Assembly: GCF_900292035.1 (NCBI RefSeq)
Contig: NZ_OMPO01000001.1
Coordinates: forward strand, 355,192 to 379,191
Direction: 5' to 3'
From: Blastococcus sp. Marseille-P5729
Lineage (GTDB): Bacteria; Actinomycetota; Actinomycetes; Mycobacteriales; Antricoccaceae
DNA: 24,000 nucleotides
The notes under the pieces are model-generated. The model searched no databases and was not told where the DNA came from. It saw only the letters and a list, made by a program, of their open reading frames with translations. The position numbers and the translations under genes are program-made. Positions 7,136-15,600 of the stretch are shown in pieces (the stretch's first letter is position 1; the number at the start of each line of letters is the position of its first letter).

Positions 7136-8740
7136 ATGAAGAAGCGCACGTTCGCCGCCCTCGCCCCTGTCGTTGGTGTCGCCGGCCTGGCGATCCAGGA
7201 TTTGCTGCAGAAGGAGCAGACGCTTCGCCGCAACTACCCCGTTCTTGCCCGGGCGCGCTACATGCTCGAGTCCATCGGCCCGGAGCTGCGCCAGTACATT
7301 GTCACGGGCAACGACGAGGAGCGGCCGTTCACCCGCGACCAGCGCCGCTGGGTGTACACGTCGGCGAAGAAGGAGAACAACTACTTCGGCTTCGGTACCG
7401 ACAACGACACCGAGCGGTCGAACTATCCGATCATCAAGCAGCGCACCTTCTCCGACGTCGCACCGAGCTCGCCCCTGCACGGCGCCGACGACATCCTGCT
7501 GCCGAGCGCCAAGGTCCTCGGTGGGCCACGTGGCCGGCGCGCGGCCTTCCGTCCGCGTTCGGTCGTCAACGTCTCGGCGATGTCCTTCGGGTCACTGAGC
7601 CCACAGGCGATCCAGGCCCTCAACAAGGGCGCGAAGCTAGGTGGATTCCTGCACAACACCGGTGAGGGCGGACTGTCCGATCACCACCGGCAGGGCGGCG
7701 ATCTCATCCTCCAGATCGGAACCGGCTACTTCGGCTGCCGGGACGCCGACGGCCGTTTCGATCTCGACCGGTTGATGAAGGTCGTCGAGTCCGCGCCGGT
7801 GAAGGCGATCGAGATCAAGCTCAGCCAGGGCGCCAAGCCCGGCCTCGGAGGCCATCTGCCCGGCGCGAAGGTCAACGCGGAGATCGCGCGGATCCGCGGC
7901 GTCGAGGAAGGGAAGGACGTCATCAGCCCGTCCCGGCATTCCGCCTTCCGCAACACCGATGAGATGCTCGACTTCGTCGAGCGGATCGCCGACGCCACTG
8001 GGATCCCAGTCGGCGTGAAGTCGGCCGTCGGCCACCTCGGCTTCTGGGAGGAGCTCGCCGACCTGATGACCGACGGCCAGCGAGGGGTCGACTTCATCAC
8101 GATCGACGGAGGCGAGGGCGGCACGGGCGCGGCGCCGATGGTGTTCGCCGACAACGTGTCCTTCCCGTTCCGCGTCGGCTTTGCCGAGGTCTACAAGTCT
8201 TTCGCGGCGGCGGGGATCACCGATCGGGTGACCTGGATCGGCTCGGGCAAGCTCGGCTTTCCCGACACGGCAGTGATCGCGTTCGCGCTGGGCGCCGACA
8301 TGGTGAACGTCGCGCGCGAGGCGATGCTCGCGGTCGGGTGCATCCAGGCGCAGAAGTGCCACACCGACCACTGCCCGACCGGCGTCGCGACCCAGAACGC
8401 GTGGCTCGCGCGCGGTCTGGATCCGCAGAACAAGGCGCACCGCCTGGCAAACTACGTCTCCACGCTCAGGCGCGATCTGCTGAAGGTGTCCGAAGCGGCC
8501 GGCGTCGCACATCCGGTGCTCATCACGACGGACGACGTGGCGATGCTCGACGGCGATCGGAAGCAGACAACCATTCGCGAGGTCTACGGCTACGAGCCAG
8601 GCTGGGGGCTGCCGACGCCCGAGATCGCCGCTGAGATCAGCGAGATCATGGCCACCCAGAACACCGGGCCGGTGGACCGGGTCGAGGAAACGCCGCCGCT
8701 GCCGACCGCCGACTCCGCGCAGACCGAGACCGGAGAGTAG
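7136..8740 (+). CDS. FMN-binding glutamate synthase-family protein (GltB FMN-domain homologue) with hydrophobic N-terminus
   Basis: 534 aa. Motifs RRNYPVLARARY, ISAMSFGSLS, KLSQGAKPGLGGHLPG, TIDGGEGGTGAAP and GSGKL. Confidence 0.92.
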   Translation: MKKRTFAALAPVVGVAGLAIQDLLQKEQTLRRNYPVLARARYMLESIGPELRQYIVTGNDEERPFTRDQRRWVYTSAKKENNYFGFGTDNDTERSNYPIIKQRTFSDVAPSSPLHGADDILLPSAKVLGGPRGRRAAFRPRSVVNVSAMSFGSLSPQAIQALNKGAKLGGFLHNTGEGGLSDHHRQGGDLILQIGTGYFGCRDADGRFDLDRLMKVVESAPVKAIEIKLSQGAKPGLGGHLPGAKVNAEIARIRGVEEGKDVISPSRHSAFRNTDEMLDFVERIADATGIPVGVKSAVGHLGFWEELADLMTDGQRGVDFITIDGGEGGTGAAPMVFADNVSFPFRVGFAEVYKSFAAAGITDRVTWIGSGKLGFPDTAVIAFALGADMVNVAREAMLAVGCIQAQKCHTDHCPTGVATQNAWLARGLDPQNKAHRLANYVSTLRRDLLKVSEAAGVAHPVLITTDDVAMLDGDRKQTTIREVYGYEPGWGLPTPEIAAEISEIMATQNTGPVDRVEETPPLPTADSAQTETGE

Positions 8741-8774
8741 TCCCCGGGGCCCCGACCTTCGGTCGCGGCAGGAG

Positions 8775-9911
8775 TCACGCGTAGCGCGACGGCCGGGGCC
8801 GGACGACCGAGCGGTCCAGATGGACCGGGGTTACCTGCGGGTGGGCATTGAGCACGGCATCGACGTGTGCGAGGTCGTTCAACTCTTGCAGGATCACTCT
8901 GGTCGGCGTCATCAGCTGAAGGTCTCCCCCGGCACCGCGTTCCAGGATCTCCCCAACCGGCAGCCACTCGGAGGCAAGCGCTTCCGTCGTGGTGTTGACC
9001 GGCGATCTGGGGTCGGACGCCGGCAGGTGGGTGACCATGAAGTGCACCTGGAATCGCTTCGGGAAGCCCGGGGGTGTCGTCCAGTCATCCCACGGGAGCA
9101 GCTCGCCCGGGTCGAGCCGGACGCCGGTCTCCTCGGCCATCTCGCGGAGTGCGGTCGCCAGCAGCACCCGCACGGCCAGTCGATCGTCCTCCGAGTCGCG
9201 GACGTACGTCGAGTCGGCCCACACTTCGGCGAGCTCGTCCAGCGCCGATGCGCTCAGCTCGGGAGCGTTCTCGACGTCGACCGGATCGATGCGACCGCCT
9301 GGAAACACCACGACGCCCGGCGCGAAGTCCATCGTGTGAACACGATGCTGGACGAACGCCTCAAGACCTCGATCGCCGTCACGTAAGGGGATCACGCTCA
9401 CAGCCGGGCGAGCGACGACGCCGGGGGTGATCTCGCGAAGCATCGCCACGCGCCGGCCCGATCGATGAAGCCCGAGCTTCCGCTCGTGCTCCACGACCGG
9501 TCGGAGGCGCTCCGGCGGCTCGACCACATGGAATCCGAGATTCTCGTAGAACGGCGCATTCCAAGGAATGTCCGCGAACGTCATCAGCGACATGCTGTTG
9601 CCACCTCGGCTGGCCACGAGGTCAGCAGCGGCGTAAGCCAGCTCCGTCCCGAGCCCCTGGCGAGCGTGGTCGGGATGCACAGACATCTGCTCCAGGTGGT
9701 ACTCGCCGTCGATCTGGATCACGTGCGCGAAGCCGGTCGGCGTCTCACCGGTCACGAGGATGAATCCGCCGGCGGCCGCTCGCTCCTCCCCGGTTGGGGG
9801 AGCCGGCCACTCGCTCGTGTCGAGGACGTCATCGAACATCCGATCGGCTGCGGCCTCGATCGCTTGTAGAGCAGGCAGATCCCGCTTTTCCGCCAGCCGC
9901 GCACGGTCCAT
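8775..9911 (-). CDS. GNAT N-acetyltransferase fused to a Nudix hydrolase
   Basis: Single uninterrupted frame. The N-terminal ~165 aa are GNAT-like (HLEQMSVHPDHARQGLGTEL...FYENLGF). The C-terminal ~210 aa are Nudix, with FPGG and the REMAEETGV half-box separated by a long insertion. ATG 9911 lies 1 nt after the upstream ACAD stop. Confidence 0.85.
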   Translation of the reverse strand: MDRARLAEKRDLPALQAIEAAADRMFDDVLDTSEWPAPPTGEERAAAGGFILVTGETPTGFAHVIQIDGEYHLEQMSVHPDHARQGLGTELAYAAADLVASRGGNSMSLMTFADIPWNAPFYENLGFHVVEPPERLRPVVEHERKLGLHRSGRRVAMLREITPGVVARPAVSVIPLRDGDRGLEAFVQHRVHTMDFAPGVVVFPGGRIDPVDVENAPELSASALDELAEVWADSTYVRDSEDDRLAVRVLLATALREMAEETGVRLDPGELLPWDDWTTPPGFPKRFQVHFMVTHLPASDPRSPVNTTTEALASEWLPVGEILERGAGGDLQLMTPTRVILQELNDLAHVDAVLNAHPQVTPVHLDRSVVRPRPSRYA

Positions 9912-9912
9912 G

Positions 9913-11232
9913 TCAGGCACCAGAGTCCGCGTCCCACCCATCCGGCTTGGGCCACAGACCCGCGCTCGCCATCGCTCGCGCCTCGTCCAGGCTCAGTACG
10001 TCGGCCCATCCACCCGTCGTAGCCGGATCGACGTCGCGGTACTTCTTCAGCTCCAGCCGGCCGATCTGGTTACGGTGCACCTCGTCCGGCCCGTCGGCCA
10101 GCCGCAGCAACCGTGCCGTGCCCAGCGCGGCGGCCAGCAGGTGGTCATTCGCGGACCCGCCGCCACCGAAGACCTGGATGGCCCAGTCCACGATCTGCTG
10201 CGCCATGTTCGGAGCCGCGACCTTGATCATCGCGATCTCCTGCCTTGCGACCTTGTTGCCGACGGTGTCCATCATCTCGGCGGCCTTCATGGTCAGCAAC
10301 CGGTTCTGCTCGATCATGATGCGCGCCTCCGCGATCCGTTCGAGCGTTACGGTCTGCTCCGAAAGCGGGCGGCCGAACGGGGCCCGAAGCTCGGCGCGGC
10401 GGCACATCCGTTCCAGCACCCTCTCGCACAGGCCGATCAACCGCATGCAGTGGTGGATTCGACCCGGGCCCAGGCGGCCCTGGGCGATCTCGAATCCGCG
10501 GCCCTCGCCCAGCAGCATGTTCGAAGCAGGCACGCGAACGTTCTCGAACAGCACCTCGGAGGCGCGATCCGGAACGCCGTAGAAGCCGAGCACCGGGAGT
10601 GACCGGATCACCTCGACACCGGGGGTGTCCTTGGGCACGAGGATCATCGACTGCCGTTTGTAGGGGCTCTCGTTCTCCGGATCGCTCTTGCCCATGAAGA
10701 TGATGATCTTGCAGCGGGGATCGGTCGCCCCGGTCGTGTACCACTTGCGGCCGTTGATCACGTACTCGTCGCCGTCCCGCACGATGGAGCTACCGATCGC
10801 GGTCGCGTCGGACGACGCCTCCTCGGGCTCGGTCATCGCGAAGGACGAGCGGATCTCGCCGGCCAGCAGTGGCTCGAGCCACTGCTGCTTCTGCTCCTGG
10901 GAGCCGTAGCGCAGGATCGTCTCCATGTTGCCGGTGTCGGGCGCGGAGCAGTTGAAGACCTCGGGCGCCATCGCGCTGCGTCCCATGATCTCGCACAGCG
11001 GCGCGTATTCCGCGTTGGTGAGGCCCTCGTCGGACTCCGCCGCGGGCAGCCAGAGATTCCACAGGCCGGCTTCGCGGGCCAGCGGCTTGAGCTCCTCCAT
11101 CACCGGATAGGTCGACCACGGTCCCAGCTTCTCGGCCTCCTGGTAGTAGCGACGCTCGTTCGGGTAGATGTGCTCGGTCATGAACGCCTTCAGGCGCTCG
11201 GCCAGGTCCTCCGTGCGTGAGGTCGTGCTCAT
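9913..11232 (-). CDS. acyl-CoA dehydrogenase family protein (ACAD10/11-like)
   Basis: 439 aa. Motifs [50 protein letters not shown] and ADGPDEVH. The start is 6 nt after the thioesterase stop. Confidence 0.95.
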   Translation of the reverse strand: MSTTSRTEDLAERLKAFMTEHIYPNERRYYQEAEKLGPWSTYPVMEELKPLAREAGLWNLWLPAAESDEGLTNAEYAPLCEIMGRSAMAPEVFNCSAPDTGNMETILRYGSQEQKQQWLEPLLAGEIRSSFAMTEPEEASSDATAIGSSIVRDGDEYVINGRKWYTTGATDPRCKIIIFMGKSDPENESPYKRQSMILVPKDTPGVEVIRSLPVLGFYGVPDRASEVLFENVRVPASNMLLGEGRGFEIAQGRLGPGRIHHCMRLIGLCERVLERMCRRAELRAPFGRPLSEQTVTLERIAEARIMIEQNRLLTMKAAEMMDTVGNKVARQEIAMIKVAAPNMAQQIVDWAIQVFGGGGSANDHLLAAALGTARLLRLADGPDEVHRNQIGRLELKKYRDVDPATTGGWADVLSLDEARAMASAGLWPKPDGWDADSGA

Positions 11233-11238
11233 GGTGCG

Positions 11239-12018
11239 CTATCCCTTCGGTCGAACGGTCAGGATCTGGGACATCGACCCGATCGGGCCGGTCTCGTCGT
11301 GCAGGATGCTGTGGGTGAGGCCGACGCCGTCCGCGCCGAAGCTGACGGCGGTGTCGAAACCGAGCCAGTCGCCACGTGGCTCGGCGAAGAAATGCGCCGT
11401 CAGGTCGACGTTCGGGAAGGCAACGTCCTGTGGGCTCTGCCGGACCGTCATGCCGTTGGCGATGTCGATCAGGCCGGCCGCCCGCGCGATCCCGCTGACC
11501 TGCTCCCCCTCGATCAGCTCAACTCTGGGGCGCACCCAGAAGGCGGCCTGTCCGGGCTCATGCTGCTGTCGGTGGGCGTCGGCAGAGGCGATGAACCCGC
11601 CGGGCCAGACCTCGGTCGGGCTCCAGGGTTGAAGCTGATGGCGGTCGGGAATCCGCGGCAGCGGGGTGCCCTCGACCCGGGCGGTGTCCTGTCGCTGCAG
11701 CAGCCACGCGCGCAGCAGGACAGCGGAACGCCCTTCGTGGCTCAGGACCGCCTCGACGAGCTCGATGGTGCGCCCGGCACGGATCACCCGCACCTCGATT
11801 GTCACCTCGCCTACCGGGACAGTGCCGAGGATGTCGTACGACAGCCGGCTGATCATCAGTTGATCGTCCCTGCGGCGGTCCCGGTCCCGCTCTACCTCAT
11901 GAATCATCAGGCCGAGCGCGGGGCTGATGTGCTGCTCACGTGGATCCCAGGCACCGCTCGTGTGCTCGGACGCGCGGTAGCGGCCCGCGCCCACGGAGGT
12001 GAAGTACGCCTGCGGCAT
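11239..12018 (-). CDS. acyl-CoA thioesterase family protein (TesB-like double hot-dog)
   Basis: Start ATG 12018 follows GGGAGG. N-terminus FTSVGAGRYRASEHTSGAWDPREQHISPALGLM is typical of actinobacterial thioesterase-family proteins. About 259 aa. Confidence 0.8.
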   Translation of the reverse strand: MPQAYFTSVGAGRYRASEHTSGAWDPREQHISPALGLMIHEVERDRDRRRDDQLMISRLSYDILGTVPVGEVTIEVRVIRAGRTIELVEAVLSHEGRSAVLLRAWLLQRQDTARVEGTPLPRIPDRHQLQPWSPTEVWPGGFIASADAHRQQHEPGQAAFWVRPRVELIEGEQVSGIARAAGLIDIANGMTVRQSPQDVAFPNVDLTAHFFAEPRGDWLGFDTAVSFGADGVGLTHSILHDETGPIGSMSQILTVRPKG

Positions 12019-12039
12019 CCCGCCCACCTCCCTTTCTTT

Positions 12040-12058
12040 GCCGATCCTAACGATCGGC
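12040..12058 (-). terminator. perfect 7-bp hairpin between exporter and thioesterase genes (function uncertain)
   Basis: GCCGATC-CTAAC-GATCGGC on the plus strand. On the minus-strand RNA it is followed by an A-rich tract, not a U-tract. Confidence 0.3.
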
Positions 12059-12072
12059 AGCGGGGATTGGCC

Positions 12073-12387
12073 TCAGTGGGCGAGCTTGAGCCCGACGACG
12101 CAGCCGATGATGCCGACGAGCAGCAGGACCTTCACCAGGGATATCGGCTCGGTGCCGGTCGCCATGGCGTAGGCGACGGTACCGACGGCCCCGATGGCGA
12201 CCCATACGGCGTAGGCCGTGCCGGTGGGCAGGTCGCGCATCGCGTAGGCCAGGCCAGCCATGCTGATGATGACGGCCACGAAGAAGACGACCGTCGGGCC
12301 CAGCCGGCTGAAGTTCTCCGATTTTCCCAGCGCCGTCGCCCATACGGCCTCGAGCACGCCGGACAGAATGAGAATGGTCCATGCCAT
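12073..12387 (-). CDS. sugE: SMR-family transporter, SugE/Gdx-type (guanidinium exporter)
   Basis: 104 aa from ATG 12387, with four predicted TM helices. It has the conserved TM1 Glu (GVLEAVWATALK-like) and WVAIGAVGT. It is preceded by a guanidine-III riboswitch-like element. Confidence 0.92.
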   Translation of the reverse strand: MAWTILILSGVLEAVWATALGKSENFSRLGPTVVFFVAVIISMAGLAYAMRDLPTGTAYAVWVAIGAVGTVAYAMATGTEPISLVKVLLLVGIIGCVVGLKLAH

Positions 12388-12402
12388 GAGTGGGTCACTC
12401 CC

Positions 12403-12447
12403 CCGGGCCGTCTTGTCGCTCGCCGGGTACGGCACCCCTCGTCCGGG
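12403..12447 (-). promoter_or_regulatory. guanidine-III (ykkC-III) riboswitch
   Basis: The minus strand reads CCGGACGAGGGGUGCCGUACCCGGCGAGCGACAAGACGGCCC, followed by GGGGGAG and, 10 nt later, the ATG of the SMR gene. The blocks CCGGACGAGG, CCGUACCCGG and GACAAGACGG match the guanidine-III consensus as I remember it. Confidence 0.8.
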
Positions 12448-12547
12448 AACTCGGGTGGAGTTCGTCTACCAGGCTCTCACACCGGGCCAGGCCACGGTGG
12501 TCTCCGGTGAGCAACACCACCAGCGCTGCTCACGACGCTGATCCTGC

Positions 12548-13336
12548 TCAGCTGTCGAGGAAGCGGCGGATGATCTCGGTGAAGACCTGCGCCTGCTCCG
12601 AGTGGACCCAGTGGCCGGCGTCCTTCACGACCACCTTGCGTACCAACGGAAACAGCTCGCGCATCGTATCGGCGTACTCGTCGCGGACGTAGTCGGAGTT
12701 CGCACCGGCCACCCAGAGCACGGGACCGTCGTACGGGTGCTTATCGAGCCCGTCGGGGAAGCTGCCGATGCTGCCGAGCTCCGCACGGAGCAGGTCGAGG
12801 TTGGCCTTCCATTCCCACCGACCCTCGCGGTGGGTGAGGTTCTGCAGCAGGAATCCGCGGACTGTGCGCGACCGGATGCGGTCGGTGAGTTGATTGTCGG
12901 CCTGACTGCGCGACGCCAGCGTGCTGAGGTCAAGAGCAAGGAGGCTGTCGAGCAGATGCTCGAACTCCGAGCTCTCGGCCGAGACCACCGGGGAGATGTC
13001 CACGACTGCGAGCCGTTCGACCAGGTCGGGATGGCGCAGCGCGAGCACCATTGCCACCTTCCCGCCCATCGAGTGTCCGACGACCGCAGCGCGCCCATCG
13101 GCCTGCTCACGAATGACGCCGGCCACCGCCTCGGCCATCTGCCCGTAATCCACGTGCTCGGTCCACTGCGAGGCGCCGTGATTGGGCAGGTCGACGAGGA
13201 CGGACCGGTGGCGTGGAGCGAGCGCCTTGGCGATCGACGTGAAGTTCTTGCCCTGGCCGAACAGCCCGTGCAGAAACAGGACGGGCTCTCCGTCGCCGTC
13301 GATCACCGTGGTGGCGACGGAGGACGGGTCAGTCAT
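12548..13336 (-). CDS. alpha/beta hydrolase (YbfF/ABHD11-like esterase)
   Basis: VLFLHGLFGQGKNF, GHSMGGKVAM nucleophile elbow, and DAGHWVH near the C-terminus. Start ATG 13336 overlaps the upstream PCD gene end by 8 nt. The alternative ATG 13390 would overlap by 62 nt. Confidence 0.9.
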   Translation of the reverse strand: MTDPSSVATTVIDGDGEPVLFLHGLFGQGKNFTSIAKALAPRHRSVLVDLPNHGASQWTEHVDYGQMAEAVAGVIREQADGRAAVVGHSMGGKVAMVLALRHPDLVERLAVVDISPVVSAESSEFEHLLDSLLALDLSTLASRSQADNQLTDRIRSRTVRGFLLQNLTHREGRWEWKANLDLLRAELGSIGSFPDGLDKHPYDGPVLWVAGANSDYVRDEYADTMRELFPLVRKVVVKDAGHWVHSEQAQVFTEIIRRFLDS

Positions 13337-13673
13337 CCGAGCCCGTACCGTAAAGGCGCTTGACGTCGTCAGTGTCTGCGGCTGGGTCAATCCCTTGCGT
13401 GGTGGCGATCTGATGAATCGTGCTCGCGAGTCGGACGTCGCGCTCGGTCACTGCGCCGACATCGTGGCTCACGAGCCGGATCTGAACCGACGGATAGGTC
13501 AGCAGGACGTCGGGGTGATGGTCAGCCTGGTCTGCAGCTTCGGCGATCGCGCTGACAAAGCGGGCACCCGCGTTGAAGTCGCCGGTCGCGTAGCCGGCGT
13601 AGATACCCGCGGGGCCGCCGCTCCAGCCTTCGAGCGCGGCGTCCTTGATCTGATCGGAGGTCAGCTTTCCCAT
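13329..13673 (-). CDS. 4a-hydroxytetrahydrobiopterin (pterin-4a-carbinolamine) dehydratase
   Basis: 114 aa from ATG 13673 (MGKLTSDQIKDAALEGWSG). Signature ADQADHHPDVLLTY...VQIRLVSHD. Confidence 0.9.
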   Translation of the reverse strand: MGKLTSDQIKDAALEGWSGGPAGIYAGYATGDFNAGARFVSAIAEAADQADHHPDVLLTYPSVQIRLVSHDVGAVTERDVRLASTIHQIATTQGIDPAADTDDVKRLYGTGSDD

Positions 13674-13899
13674 ACGCCCATCGTCGCAGCACCCGGGAGC
13701 TCCCGCACGGCGAGCCCGATCACGAAGCTCCTTACCGGATCGCGCGGCCGTCGAGCCAGGCGCGCGCACGTCGTCGGACCGCTCGCCTAGTAACGTGCGG
13801 CATGGCCGAGGCGAACCGGTGGACGTCGTCTACCTGTGCAGCGCGCGAGCGGCTCATGCGCGCAGTGCTGACCGCGTCCGGTGGGGAGAGGAGAGTGCC

Positions 13900-15417
13900 G
13901 TGCAACCCGACTTCCTGGTCGTCGGCGCCGGCGCGTCCGGATGCGCACTCGCCAACAGGCTGAGTGAAGACCCCTCGGTGCGCGTGCTGCTGCTCGAGCG
14001 CGGCCCCCGCAGCTCGTCTCCGGCCACCCTCGTGCCACGGGCCTTTCCACTCGCGCTGCGCTCGCCGAGAATGACCAGCTACCCGACACTTCCCATTGTC
14101 GGCACCGGACAGCCCGAGTACTGGGTGCGTGGAATCGGGCTCGGCGGGTCGACCGTCATCAACGGGATGATGTACCTGCGCGGCGAGCCGTCGGCGTACG
14201 ACGAGCTGGAGGCCACAACCGAGGACGGGTGGGGCTGGACAGCATTCCGGTCCGCATTCGACGATCTCGAGCGCCGGTACCTGCACCCGACAACCGCACC
14301 GCTGAATCCGTTGAGCGAGCGGATAGTCGACGCCATGTCCGCTCGTGGGGCGCTCCGCGTGCCAGACCTCAATGGCGCGGTCGGAGCAAGGGCCGGAGCC
14401 ACCCCCGGGACCATACTCAGTGGTGTACGCCGGAGCGCCGAGCAGGCTTTCGTTGCTCCGGTGGCCAATCGGCCGAATCTGCATGTACTCACGGGCGTGG
14501 AGGCGCAATCCCTGCTATGGCAAGGAAAGCAGGTGGTCGGCGTACGCGCCCGGCGCGGTCAGTCCACGGGCGACATCCTCGCCGGACGTGTCGTGCTGAG
14601 CGCGGGCACGATCGAGACCCCCTTGCTGCTTGAGCGCTCCGGCATTGGACAACCAGATCTGCTCCGGCGCGCCGGGATCGACGTACGCGTCGAGAGCCCT
14701 CGGGTCGGCGAAGGGGTTCGCGAGCAACGGGGACAGTCCTTGCAGCTCTACCTCCGTCACGGTGTCGCGGGGTCGCGGGAGTTGTCCACTCCAACCGGGA
14801 TCGTGCGGGAGACGGTGCGCTATGCCGTCGCGCGCACGGGTGCGCTGGCCAGGCCGGCGTACGACGTCACCGGACTGTTGCCTAGCGGCGGGCACGGCGG
14901 GCCGGTGGAGCTGCAGGTCATGGCGGTGCCCTTCGCGCTCGACCGTGGCGGGGCGCTGCGGCCCGATCGTGCCCCCGGTGTACTGCTCGTGGGTTATCCG
15001 ATCCGGCCGACTACGGCGAGCAGCATCCATATCAACGCCGATGACCCGACCGGACCACCGAGGATCGCGGCGCGCTACGAGGAGACGCCCGAGGACGTCG
15101 CAGCCCAGCGCGCCCTCAGCGCGTCACTGCGGACGATCGCGCGAGCGCCGGCACTCGTCGATGTCACAGATGCCACCCGTAGCTCCGGCGTCATCCACCG
15201 CGCGGGCCACGGTTCGTCGATCTACCACGCGGTCGGCTCGGTGGCCCTGGGACCCCACGACCAGTGCCCTGCAGATCCGCAGCTGCGGGTGCGTGGCACG
15301 ACAGGACTCTACGTGGCCGACCTGTCGATACTCCCCTTCCACACCAGCGGAAGCACGGCCGCGCCCGCCATGGCGATCGGCTGGCTCGCCGCCGACCGAC
15401 TCCTCGCGAGCGACTGA
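13900..15417 (+). CDS. GMC-family FAD-dependent oxidoreductase
   Basis: DFLVVGAGASGCALANRLSEDPSVRVLLLERG dinucleotide-binding motif, with a C-terminal HAVGS...LYVADLSILP region. GTG 13900 was chosen because GGGGAGAGGAGAG lies directly upstream and GC3 falls to about 72% in the 35 codons between ATG 13795 and 13900. Confidence 0.9.
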   Translation: MQPDFLVVGAGASGCALANRLSEDPSVRVLLLERGPRSSSPATLVPRAFPLALRSPRMTSYPTLPIVGTGQPEYWVRGIGLGGSTVINGMMYLRGEPSAYDELEATTEDGWGWTAFRSAFDDLERRYLHPTTAPLNPLSERIVDAMSARGALRVPDLNGAVGARAGATPGTILSGVRRSAEQAFVAPVANRPNLHVLTGVEAQSLLWQGKQVVGVRARRGQSTGDILAGRVVLSAGTIETPLLLERSGIGQPDLLRRAGIDVRVESPRVGEGVREQRGQSLQLYLRHGVAGSRELSTPTGIVRETVRYAVARTGALARPAYDVTGLLPSGGHGGPVELQVMAVPFALDRGGALRPDRAPGVLLVGYPIRPTTASSIHINADDPTGPPRIAARYEETPEDVAAQRALSASLRTIARAPALVDVTDATRSSGVIHRAGHGSSIYHAVGSVALGPHDQCPADPQLRVRGTTGLYVADLSILPFHTSGSTAAPAMAIGWLAADRLLASD

Positions 15418-15449
15418 GTCTCGCCCGCGCGGCGTCAGCTGCGAAGTAC

Positions 15450-15554
15450 CTACTCCACGGCCTTGCCCGTGGCGAGCTCGTCGACGAGCTTGTCCAGGTA
15501 CCGGATCTTCTGCATGAGCGGGTCTTCGACGTTCTCGCCGCGTACGCCGCACAC
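15450..15554 (-). other. possible small ORF or gene remnant (34 aa from GTG; frame open for 58 codons)
   Basis: The minus-strand frame from 15626 to 15453 has nearly all G/C at third positions: ...[50 protein letters not shown], stop TAG at 15452-15450. The only canonical starts are GTG 15554 and ATG 15515. It is too short for the ORF track. Confidence 0.3.
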
Positions 15555-15600
15555 GACGCCGGCGCGGCCCTTCTTCTCAGCGGCGCCCGGCAGGTCCCGC

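Noticed and set aside
7637-8512. 291-aa minus-strand ORF
   Set aside because: It is antisense to the FMN-binding glutamate-synthase-family gene.
9760-10602. 280-aa and 262-aa plus-strand ORFs
   Set aside because: Both are antisense to the clearly homologous acyl-CoA dehydrogenase gene and have no family resemblance.
11299-12510. 403-aa plus-strand ORF
   Set aside because: It runs antisense across three well-supported minus-strand genes (thioesterase, SMR exporter and the riboswitch region). It has an Arg/Gly/Asp-rich composition without motifs and is an antisense-frame artefact.
13795-13899. ATG 13795 as the start of the GMC oxidoreductase (ORF-track start), preceded by TAACGT-N5
   Set aside because: The 35 extra codons have noticeably lower third-position GC (about 72% by my count) and no family similarity. 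GTG 13900 has a strong GGGGAGAGGAGAG SD and sits directly before the FAD-binding motif. The TAACGT hexamer may instead mark the TSS of a leader of about 100 nt. This is uncertain, and the longer form cannot be excluded.
14630-15517. 295-aa plus-strand ORF in an alternative frame
   Set aside because: It lies in a shifted frame of the GMC oxidoreductase gene. Its composition is Arg/Ser/Pro-rich, and the GMC frame carries the recognisable FAD-binding and C-terminal motifs.
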